A DNA stretch of 64,000 bases from Asterias rubens (taxonomy: Eukaryota): positions 26,040,001 through 26,104,000 of the forward strand of contig NC_047062.1 in the NCBI RefSeq assembly GCF_902459465.1. Direction: 5' to 3'. Each line of letters starts with the position of its first letter. Within the stretch, counting starts at the first letter, position 1. The notes below the pieces were generated by a model that saw only the letters and a list, made by a program, of their open reading frames with translations, was not told the DNA's origin and made no database searches. The translations under genes were made by a program, and so were the position numbers. Positions 12,422-22,762 of this stretch are shown here, piece after piece.

Positions 12422-14005
12422 TAAAACGATCAACACGTGGTGCAGAGCGTGACCATGCTCCTCAATGCACCGCATACTTACACGTGGTGACCGCAATGCA
12501 CCGCATGCTTACACGTGGTGACAAAGTACATGTACATGTAATTGTAAAATCTTTACGCGCAATCAATGGGGGAATTTTGTAGTGCTTTATACGTGAATTT
12601 TAGATTTTTCAACATCGATTTTGAACCAGAAGACAAGATCAAAATGGGGTCATGTCTGTGAGGTGTTTACGGAGTTTTTAATGCCTTTTCCGATGATGTA
12701 TTGATTGTCAAAATCCGTCATGCAGATCAAAAGTTATGATTTTTTGAAATAATACCGCATACTTACACGTGGTGACCGCAATGCACCGCGTGCTTACACG
12801 TGGTGACAAAGTACATGTACATGTAATTGTAAAATCTTTACGCGCAATCAATGGGGGAATTTTGTAGTCTTTATACAGTGTACATGAATTTTGAAATTTT
12901 CAACCTCGATTTTGAACCGGAAGACAAGATCAAAATGGGGTCATGTCTGTGAGGTGTTTACGGAGTTTTTAATGCCCTTTCCGATGATGTATTGATTGTA
13001 AAAATCCTTCATGCAGATCAAAAGTTATGATTTTTTGAAATAATAAACTTTGAATGAGTGTATCTCGTCAACTGATGACGTCATCGTGACGTAAGAACTT
13101 TTGCATCATCTACTGGTTATTGTCTACCTGTGTGCAAAGTTTCAACGTAATGCAAGCTTCGCATCTATTTTTTTTCTTGCGGACAATCGACAGCGAGAAG
13201 AATGAGAAAAACCAAAAAAAAACTAGATATAGTGTTTGTACAAACAAACACTAGGTGTTCGGCTATTGTTGGGTCAATGTTTGAATAAATGAAACAAGTA
13301 TTGTTAATATTGTCAAATTACAAAGAAATCAAAACCAAACAGTTTTCTCGATGTGTAATAATTTATAGAAAAAGCATCAAAAGTGTACATTTCAACCTAA
13401 AAGCCTTTAAATACTGCCTTTTCAAAGCATTTTACAGGCTCTTCCAGTTTAAAAAGGTCAAAAAGTCAAGAAAAGGTCACCAACACACCCATTTTTGTGG
13501 AATACGTGAGGCCCTTTCATATGATGTATAGATTGTCAAAATAGCTTTTGTGGTTGAGGACATAGGAACTTATGCATAATGACGACTGGAGAAGAGACTA
13601 ACTAACCGAATAGGAAATGTTTGTTGAAAACATCTGAAAACAGACTACGTACGTAAAGCCCTTTCATATGATGTATAGATTGTCAAAATAGCTTGTGTGG
13701 TTGAGGATATAGGAACTTACGCATAATGACGACTGGAGAAGAGACTAACTAACCAAAAAAAGGAAATGTTTGTAGAAAACACCTTGAAAACAGACTACGT
13801 ACGTAAAGCCCTTTCATATGATGTATAGATTGTCAAAATAGCTTGTGTGGTTGAGGATATGAGAGCTTATGCATAACGACGACTGGAGAAGAGACTAACT
13901 AGGAGGAAAATCTTTGTTGAAAACGCCTTGAAAACAGACTAAAGCGAAGCTATTTATAGGAGAAAAAAAATTAAAAATTAATACAAAAATAAATCGTACA
14001 AATTT

Positions 14006-14099
14006 TGGTCGCCAAGTGGTCTCCCATCCAAATACTGACTGGGCTCGATTTTGCTTAACTTTAGTGACAGGTGTTATCAACGCAGTATGGTACGCAGAC
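14006..14099 (-). pseudogene. 5S rRNA-derived sequence, copy 3
   Basis: Same cassette, in unit 3. Confidence 0.8.
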
Positions 14100-15690
14100 T
14101 AAAACGATCAACACGTGGTGCAGAGCGTGACCATGCTCCTCAATGCACCGCATACTTACACGTGGTGACCGCAATGCACCGCATGCTTACACGTGGTGAC
14201 AAAGTACATGTACATGTAAGTGTAAAATCTTTACGCGCAATCAATGGGGGAATTTTGTAGTGCTTTATACGTGAATTTTAGATTTTTCAACATCGATTTT
14301 GAACCAGAAGACAAGATCAAAATGGGGTCATGTCTGTGAGGTGTTTACGGAGTTTTTAATGCCCTTTCCGATGATGTATTGATTGTCAAAATCCGTCATG
14401 CAGATCAAAAGTTATGATTTTTTGAAATAATACCGCATACTTACACGTGGTGACCGCAATGCACCGCGTGCTTACACGTGGTGACAAAGTACATGTACAT
14501 GTAATTGTAAAATCTTTACGCGCAATCAATGGGGGAATTTTGTAGTCTTTATACAGTGTACATGAATTTTGAAATTTTCAACCTCGATTTTGAACCGGAA
14601 GACAAGATCAAAATGGGGTCATGTCTGTGAGGTGTTTACGGAGTTTTTAATGCCCTTTCCGATGATGTATTGATTGTAAAAATCCTTCATGCAGATCAAA
14701 AGTTATGATTTTTTGAAATAATAAACTTTGAATGAGTGTATCTCGTCAACTGATGACGTCATCGTGACGTAAGAACTTTTGCATCATCTACTGGTTATTG
14801 TCTACCTGTGTGCAAAGTTTCAACTTAATGCAAGCTTCGCATCTATGCTTTTTCTTGCGGACAATCGACAGCGAGAAGAATAAGAAAAACCAAAAAAAAA
14901 AAAAAACTAGATATAGTGTTTGTACAAACAAACACTAGGTGTTCGGCTATTGTTGGGTCAGTGTTTGAATAAATGAAACAAGTATTGTTAATATTGTCAA
15001 ATTACAAAGAAATCAAAACCAAACAGTTTTCTCGATGTGTAATAATTTTTAGAAAAAGCATCAAAAGTGTACATTTCAACCTAAAAGCCTTTAAATACTG
15101 CCTTTTCAAAGCATTTTACAGGCTCTTCCAGTTTAAAAAGGTCAAAAAGTCAAGAAAAGGTCACCAACACACCCATTTTTGTGGAATACGTGAGGCCCTT
15201 TCATATGATGTATAGATTGTCAAAATAGCTTTTGTGGTTGAGGACATAGGAACTTATGCATAATGACGACTGGAGAAGAGACTAACTAACCGAATAGGAA
15301 ATGTTTGTTGAAAACATCTGAAAACAGACTACGTACGTAAAGCCCTTTCATATGATGTATAGATTGTCAAAATAGCTTGTGTGGTTGAGGATATAGGAAC
15401 TTACGCATAATGACGACTGGAGAAGAGACTAACTAACCAAAAAAAGGAAATGTTTGTAGAAAACACCTTGAAAACAGACTACGTACGTAAAGCCCTTTCA
15501 TATGATGTATAGATTGTCAAAATAGCTTGTGTGGTTGAGGATATGAGAGCTTATGCATAACGACGACTGGAGAAGAGACTAACTAGGAGGAAAATCTTTG
15601 TTGAAAACGCCTTGAAAACAGACTAAAGCGAAGCTATTTATAGGAGAAAAAAAAATTAAAAATTAATACAAAAATAAATCGTACAAATTT

Positions 15691-15784
15691 TGGTCGCCAA
15701 GTGGTCTCCCATCCAAATACTGACTGGGCTCGATTTTGCTTAACTTTAGTGACAGGTGTTATCAACGCAGTATGGTACGCAGAC
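15691..15784 (-). pseudogene. 5S rRNA-derived sequence, copy 4
   Basis: Same cassette, in unit 4. Confidence 0.8.
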
Positions 15785-17793
15785 TAAAACGATCAACACG
15801 TGGTGCAGAGCGTGACCATGCTCCTCAATGCACCGCATACTTACACGTGGTGACTGCAATGCACCGCATGCTTACACGTGGTGACAAAGTACATGTACAT
15901 GTAATTGTAAAATCTTTACGCGCAATCAATGGGGGAATTTTGTAGTGCTTTATACGTGAATTTTAGATTTTTCAACATCGATTTTGAACCAAAAGACAAG
16001 ATCAAAATGGGGTCATGTCTGTGAGGTGTTTACGGAGTTTTTAATGCCCTTTCCGATGATGTATTGATTGTCAAAATCCGTCATGCAGATCAAAAGTTAT
16101 GATTTTTTGAAATAATACCGCATACTTACACGTGGTGACCGCAATGCACCGCATGCTTACACGTGGTGACAAAGTACATGTACATGTAATTGTAAAATCT
16201 TTACGCGCAATCAATGGGGGAATTTTGTAGTCTTTATACATGAATTTTGAAATTTTCAACTTCTCTTTTGAGCCGGAAGACAAAATCAAAATGGGGTCAT
16301 GTCTGTGAAGCGTTTACGGAGTTTTTAATGCCCTTTCAGATGATGTATTGATTGTAAAAATCCCTCATGTAGATCAAAAGTTATGATTTTTTGAAATAAT
16401 AAACTTTGAGTTAGTGTATCTCGTCAACTGATGACGTCATCGTGACGTAACAACTTTTGCATCATCTACTGGTTATTGTCTACCTGTGTGCAAAGTTTCA
16501 ACTTAATGCAAGCTTCGCATCTATGCTTTTTCTTGCGGACAATCGACAGCGAGAAGAATAAGAAAAACCAAAAAAAAACTAGATATAGTGTTTGTACGAA
16601 CAAACACTAGGTGTTCGGCTATTGTTGGGTCAGTGTTTGAATAAATGAAACAAGTATTGTTAATATTGTCAAATTACAAAGAAATCAAAACCAAACAGTT
16701 TTCTCGATGTGTAATAATTTATAGAAAAAGCATCAAAAGTGTACATTTCAACCTAAAAGCCTTTAAATACTGCCTTTTCAAAGCATTTTACAGGCTCTTC
16801 CAGTTTAAAAAAGGCAAAAAGTCAAGAAAAGGTCACCAACACACCCATTTTTGTGGAATACGTGAGGCCCTTTCATATGATGTATAGATTGTCAAAATAG
16901 CTTTTGTGGTTGAGGAAACGTGAACTGATGAATAATGGCGACTGGAGAAGAGCCTAACTAACCAGAAGGGAAATGTTTGTTGAAAACGCCTTGAAAACAG
17001 ACTACGTACGTAAAGCTCTTTCATATGATGTATAGATTGTCAAAATAGCTTTTGTGGTTGAGGACATAGGAACTTATGCATAATCACGACTGAAGAAGAG
17101 ACTAACTAACCGAATAGGAAATGTTTGTTGAAAACATCTGAAAACAGACTACGTACGTAAAGCCCTTTCATATGATGTATAGATTGTCAAAATAGCTTGT
17201 GTGGTTGAGGATATAGGAACTTATGCATAATGACGACTGGAGAAGAGACTAACTAACCGAAAGGGAAATGTTTGTTGAAAACACCTTGAAAACAGACTAC
17301 GTACGTAAAGCCCTTTCATATGATGTATAGATTGTCAAAATAGCTTGTGTGGTTGAGGATATGGGAGCTTATGCATAATGACGACTGGAGAAGAGCCTAA
17401 CTAGGAGGAAAATCTTTGTTGAAAACGCCTTGAAAACAGACTACGTACGTAAAGCCCTTTCATATGATGTATAGATTGTCAAAATAGCATTTGTGGTTGA
17501 GGACATAGGAACTTATGCATAATGACGACTGGAGAAGAGACTAACTAACCGAAAAGGAAATGTTTGTTGAAAACACCTTGAAAACAGACTACGTACGTAA
17601 AGCCCTTTCATATGATGTATAGATTGTCAAAATAGCTTGTGTGGTTGAGGATATGGGAGCTTATGCATAATTACGACTGGAGAAGAGACTAACTAGGAGG
17701 AAAATCTTTGTTGAAAACGCCTTGAAAACAGACTAAAGCGAAGCTATTTATAGGAGAAAAAAAATTAAATACAAAAATAAATCGTACAAATTT

Positions 17794-17887
17794 TGGTCGC
17801 CAAGTGGTCTCCCATCCAAATACTGACTGGGCTCGATTTTGCTTAACTTTAGTGACAGGTGTTATCAACGCAGTATGGTACGTAGAC
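17794..17887 (-). pseudogene. 5S rRNA-derived sequence, copy 5
   Basis: Same cassette, in unit 5; its 5' end GTCTACGTACCATAC is the closest to a canonical 5S start. Confidence 0.8.
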
Positions 17888-18698
17888 TAAAACGATCAAC
17901 ACGTGGTGCAGAGCGTGACTATGCTCATCAATGCACCGCATACTTACACGTGGTGACCGCAATGCACCGCATGCTTACACGTGGTGACAAAGTACATGTA
18001 CATGTAATTGTAAAATCTTTACGCGCAATCAATGGGGGAATTTTGTAGTGCTTTATACGTGAATTTTAGATTTTTCAACATCGATTTTGAACCAGAAGAC
18101 AAGATCAAAATGGGGTCATGTCTGTGAGGTGTTTACGGAGTTTTTAATGCCCTTTCCGATGATGTATTGATTGTCAAAATCCGTCATGCAGATCAAAAGT
18201 TATGATTTTTTGAAATAATACCGCATACTTACACGTGGTGACCGCAATGCACCGCATGCTTACACGTGGTGACAAAGTACATGTACATGTAATTGTAAAA
18301 TCTTTACGCGCAATCAATGGGGGAATTTTGCAGTCTTTATACAGTGTACATGAATTTTGAAATTTTCAACCTCGATTTTGAACCGGAAGACAAGATCAAA
18401 ATGGGGTCATGTCTGTGAGGTGTTTACGGAGTTTTTAATGCCCTTTCCGATGATGTATTGATTGTAAAAATCCTTCATGCAGATCAAAAGTTATGATTTT
18501 TTGAAATAATAAACTTTGAATTAGTGTATCTCATCAACTGATGACGTCATCGTGACGTAAGAACTTTTGTATCATCTACTGGTTATTGTCTACCCGTGTG
18601 CAAAGTTTCAACTTAATGCAAGCTTCGCATCTATGCTTTTTCTTGCGGACAATCGACAGCGAGAAGAATAAGAAAAACCAAAAAAAAAAAAAAAAAAA

Positions 18699-19663
18699 CC
18701 GAACAAAATCAATGAGTTGTTCGGGCTGTTGCCCGAACACCTAAAAAAAAAAAAAAAAAAAAACACCGAACAAAATCAATGAGTTGTTCGGGCTGTTGCC
18801 CGAACACCTAAAAAACCGAACAAAATCAATGAGTTGTTCGGGCTGTTGCCCGAACACCTAACAAAAAAAAAAAAAACCGAACAAAATCAATGAGTTGTTC
18901 GGGCTGATGCCCGAACACCTAAAAAAAAAAAAAAAAAACCGAACAAAATCAATGAGTTGTTCGGGCTGTTGCCCGAACACCTAAAAAAAAAAAAAAAAAA
19001 ACGAACAAAATCAATGAGTTGTTCGGGCTTTTGCCCGAACACCTAAAAAAAAAAAAAAAAAAAAAACCGAACAAAATCAATGAGTTGTTCGGGCTGTTGC
19101 CCGAACACCTAAAAAAAAAAAAAACGAACAAAATCAATGAGTTGTTCGGGCTGTTGCCCGAACACCTAAAAAACCGAACAAAATCAATGAGTTGTTCGGG
19201 CTGTTGCCCGAACACCTAAAAAAAAAAAAAAACGAACAAAATCAATGAGTTGTTCGGGCTGTTGCCCGAACACCTAAAAAAAAAAACCGAACAAAATCAA
19301 TGAGTTGTTCGGGCTGTTGCCCGAACACCTAAAAAAAAAAAAAAACGAACAAAAACAATGAGTTGTTCGGGCTGTTGCCCGAACACCTAAAAAAAACCGA
19401 ACAAAATCAATGAGTTGTTCGGGCTGTTGCCCGAACACCTAAAAAGAAAAACCGAACAAAATCAATGAGTTGTTCGGGCTGTTGCCCGAACACCTAAAAA
19501 AAAAAAACCGAACAAAATCAATGAGTTGTTCGGGCTGTTGCCCGAACACCTAAAAAAAAACGAACAAAATCAATGAGTTGTTCGGGCTGTTGCCCGAACA
19601 CCTAAAAAAAAAAAAAAAACCGAACAAAATCAATGAGTTGTTCGGGCTGTTGCCCGAACACCT
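18699..19663. repeat. 17 copies of a 44-bp double-hairpin module separated by variable poly(A) tracts
   Basis: ccgaacaaaatcaatgagttgttcgggctgttgcccgaacacct repeated 17 times with A-rich spacers of about 6-23 nt. Confidence 0.95.
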
Positions 19664-19750
19664 AATGAAAGATACAGAAATTTAAACAAACAATATTGCG
19701 TGTGCACCGTCGTGTTGAAACCATGGAGCATTGTCAGGTGACGTGAACCC

Positions 19751-19760
19751 GGGAATTCCC
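19751..19760 (+). promoter_or_regulatory. NF-kappaB consensus site GGGAATTCCC upstream of ISG12 gene 1 (duplicate at 24776-24785 for gene 2)
   Basis: Perfect palindromic GGGRNWYYCC match ~320 bp before the ATG, in a CpG-rich promoter-like stretch. Confidence 0.5.
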
Positions 19761-20079
19761 TACAAAGATTATTTTCGGTAAACGCGCATCTGTCGAGCGC
19801 AATCTGTGTTAGTTGACGTTTTTTGAAATTTACGCACGGTAATTTTATTACATGCAAACGCGAATACAAATCGCGCGCGCCCGCGCAAAATCAAAACAAT
19901 ATTGGCATTTTCGAAGATTGCGCCAATAGCTGGCGGGCGCAGCCATAAATAAGTTCATGCATTTAACGCAAACGTTATCGCATTTTAGCATGGGATGACA
20001 CGTACGCTTAACTCCAGCAGGCAAATGTCATATTATTATTGACCACTGTGAAACATAAGGTACCTGAGTTAAGATCATC

Positions 20080-22762
20080 ATGTGGTGGGTAGAGAAACTT
20101 GAATCTGCAAACAAGCTCATACTTTTTCAAAATAACCGTCCAGTCCGAAATGAACATGATGTTTTAATTTTCATCGTGGCTGTCAGTGCATTGCAAGAGG
20201 ATGAAACTGGAAGAACTATAACGGTAGGTAAATACTATAGTATTATTTTTACTAGCCCCATAAATCGGTCCAATCCATGCCACAAGGCTACGGAGTGGAT
20301 TGGACCGATTTATGCACAAGGCTACGGGACCGATTTATGGGGCTAGGTATAATACATGAACCTCAAAACATTTCTTTAATTTTAAATAAATGATGGTCTT
20401 TGACTTCTGGGCCTTTGTGCATGTTCCGAGTTTATCTTTTGCACCACAATGTATATTGATGTTTGTGCAATAAAAAGAATAACGACTTCAGGCTACACTC
20501 AATTCTGTCCAAATCAAATTAGTAAATGTTCAAAGTTGTCTAGTTGCGATAACGTAACCCTCCTACCTATAGCGAGGGTTACGTTATCGCAACTAAAAGT
20601 TGTCCTGCTAATCATCTGTCTCCTCAGGTCAGTTTTGAAAACGGGTCGAGCCTACAGCTATCCCTGGATGATTTCAGTCAAAGAGACACCAGTTTGAAGG
20701 CAGATTTGAAGGCAATAAACTTTGTCAAGCAGTTTGCTAAGGAGTTTTCGGGCCAGTTACCAGCAGAAGAACAACCTAAAACTAAAAAAAGCGGTAAGCT
20801 TTTAAGTTTTATCCTATATCCAATTTCATTTGATAAAATTTCATTGTCACAACCAATGAATATTATGCCATATTCTGCATGAAACCTGTTTTTTTTTCTC
20901 AAATGTACTGAGGATCAAACTGTTTGATTGAGTATATCCCTGGTAATTTCTTGTCTGAACTGAAGAACTAAAGAAGGCTTGGACTTGAAACCTAATTTTG
21001 GTTCAACAATTCACAAGCTTTAAAACCTGATTATGGTTAGACCAGGTACTGAGATTTTAAACCTGCTTAGTTATCTTTTAATTCTAAGTAAAACTTTCAT
21101 CGTATACAACATGTAACCCTTTAGTGATCAAAAAGAAACATTGTACATTCCAGGGCCTTTTTGGCAGGCATGATAGTACTACACTTATCATTATGTAAAT
21201 TTGTTAATTTCATCTTCAATTCAAAAATTAGTTATAAAAGTAACGGCTGAATAGGTTTTAAAGATGTGCCCTTTTCTTCATATCAAACTTTGCTAAAAAT
21301 TAAACAGCACACTTTCCATGAACGAAGATAATTTATAAGATTTGTTGTTTTCATGAGTTTTTGGGATGCGAGGTGGCAGCAGACTTACCAGGTATATCTA
21401 TTGTTCTTTGTAATGTGAGCATTCTCAGATATGCGTAAACAATGAAAATTTACCTGGTAGGTCTGCTCTGCTGCCACCTAGTGCCCCAGAGTATCCCCCA
21501 TCCCTGAGTTGTGTACAAATTGTACCTGCACTCGCAGAGTCCAGGCTCTGTGGCTGTTTTGTGTGATGCCTATTACATGGTTGTAGTGGTTGTATTATTT
21601 TTATATTTTAGGCTATGGTGTGCGACATGTTGTAGCAGGGTGTGTTGTCGGAGTAGGTGCTGTTGCTGCAGCTCCATTTGTACTCACTGCTGTAGGATTT
21701 ACATCAGGTGGAATAGCAGCAGGATCCATTGCATCAGGCATGATGTCTTCTGCAGCAATTGCAAATGGTGGCGCTGTTGCAGCAGGAAGTGGAGTGGCTG
21801 TTCTGCAGTCAGTTGGAGCTGCAGGGTTAGGAGCTGCAGGTACTGCTGCAGTTGGTGGTGCTGGTGCAGCAGCTGGGGCTGGTGCTTCTGGTGTAGCAGG
21901 TTTCTTTCAGAATTACTTTAGAGGTAGGGTCATAGATTGGTTTTTGTCTGTCGAATCCATGTGATTGAGTACGCAATACAAATTTTGACGTTACAAATTC
22001 GCAGCGAATAATTCCCAACAGTTGAACTGTGTTCAACTCCTGCAAAACATTCGCTGGAAAATAGCCATGTGACGTCAAAATTTGTATTGTTTTCACATTT
22101 GCAGGAAGACATCCACATGAAAACATACTGATTAAAAATATTCAAGGCAGAGGACACTGTTGGTAATTACTCAAAATAATTTTTAGCATAAAACATACTT
22201 GGTAACAAGCAATGGAGAGCTGTTGATAGTATAAAACATTGTGAGAAACGGCTCCCTCTGAAGTATCATAGTTTTTGAGAAAGAAGTAATTTTCCACGAA
22301 TTTGACTTCAAGACCTCAGATTTAGGTTTTGAAGTCTCAGAATCAAGCATCTGGAAGCACACAACTAGTGTGACAAGGGTGTTTTTTCTTTCATTATTAT
22401 CGCGCAACATCGACGACCAATTGAGCTCAAACTTTCACAGGTTTGTTATTTTATGCATAGTTGAGAATACACCAAGTGAGAAGAATGGTCTTCGACAATT
22501 ACTAACCTGTATACCGCAGTTGAAACTAATTAACAGTGAGTTTTTAATATTTCTCCATAATTTCTCTCACAGATCCATTTCTTATTCTTTTCTTCTAGGA
22601 CGTGGAGACTCTACAACCGAGAACAAGACCTCCAATACAACACAGGAGGATGATGATTATGATAATAATGGTGATGGGGAAGATGGGGATGGGTGGGTAT
22701 TGGGGGAGGGGGGAGAGGGTATGGGGGGTTATGGTTATGATTGGGATGATGATAATGATTAG
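20080..22762 (+). CDS. IFI27-like: ISG12/IFI27-family protein 1 (exons 20080-20223, 20628-20793, 21612-21923, 22599-22762; 261 aa)
   Basis: Exon 3 encodes the ISG12 motif (VGFTSGGIAAGSIASGMMSSAAIANGGAVAAGSGVAVLQSVGAAG). All junctions are GT-AG with compatible phases 0/1/1, the total of 786 nt is in frame, and exons 1-2 are homologous to those of genes 4 and 5. Confidence 0.85.
20541..20595. repeat. Short ~55-bp hairpin interspersed element (relatives at about 24578, 25566, 29606, 34166 and 35122)
   Basis: 22-bp perfect stem tagttgcgataacgtaaccctc / gagggttacgttatcgcaacta. Confidence 0.7.

Larger units (their letters stand above)
9001..19664 (-). mobile_element. Non-autonomous Helentron/Helitron2-like element amplified as five head-to-tail units plus a terminal module array
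   Basis: Units start at 9001, 11544, 13223, 14907 and 16579. Each left end has ctag, a 10-bp-stem hairpin (tagtgtttgt-acaa-acaaacacta) and taggtgttcgg; the inverted copy ccgaacaccta lies at the far right end (19654-19664). Junctions are in A/T tracts and there is no transposase ORF. Confidence 0.65.

Noticed and set aside
10656-17887. Functional 5S rDNA cluster
   Set aside because: The internal deletion and missing 3' helix I strand preclude a normal 5S fold.
10701-18048. Recurrent ORFs MLNFSDRC... and MKQVLLILSN... in the array
   Set aside because: Identical because the DNA is repeated; no Rep/helicase or other recognisable motif, and the first unit's MKQV copy is disrupted.
18699-19663. 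CRISPR-like look (palindromic direct repeats with variable spacers)
   Set aside because: The spacers are only poly(A) with no unique content, the context is eukaryotic, and there are no cas genes.
21511-21921. Cys/Trp-rich overlapping ORFs in ISG12 exons (also 26539-26949, 30227-30514)
   Set aside because: Expected by-product of shifting GCN/GGN-rich, Asp/Glu/Lys-poor codons; the starts are intronic and there is no independent support.
21590-21964. Single-exon ISG12 ORFs as listed in the track (also 26618, 30177, 44366, 48160)
   Set aside because: They start at non-ATG codons within polypyrimidine tracts; spliced models with canonical sites explain them better.
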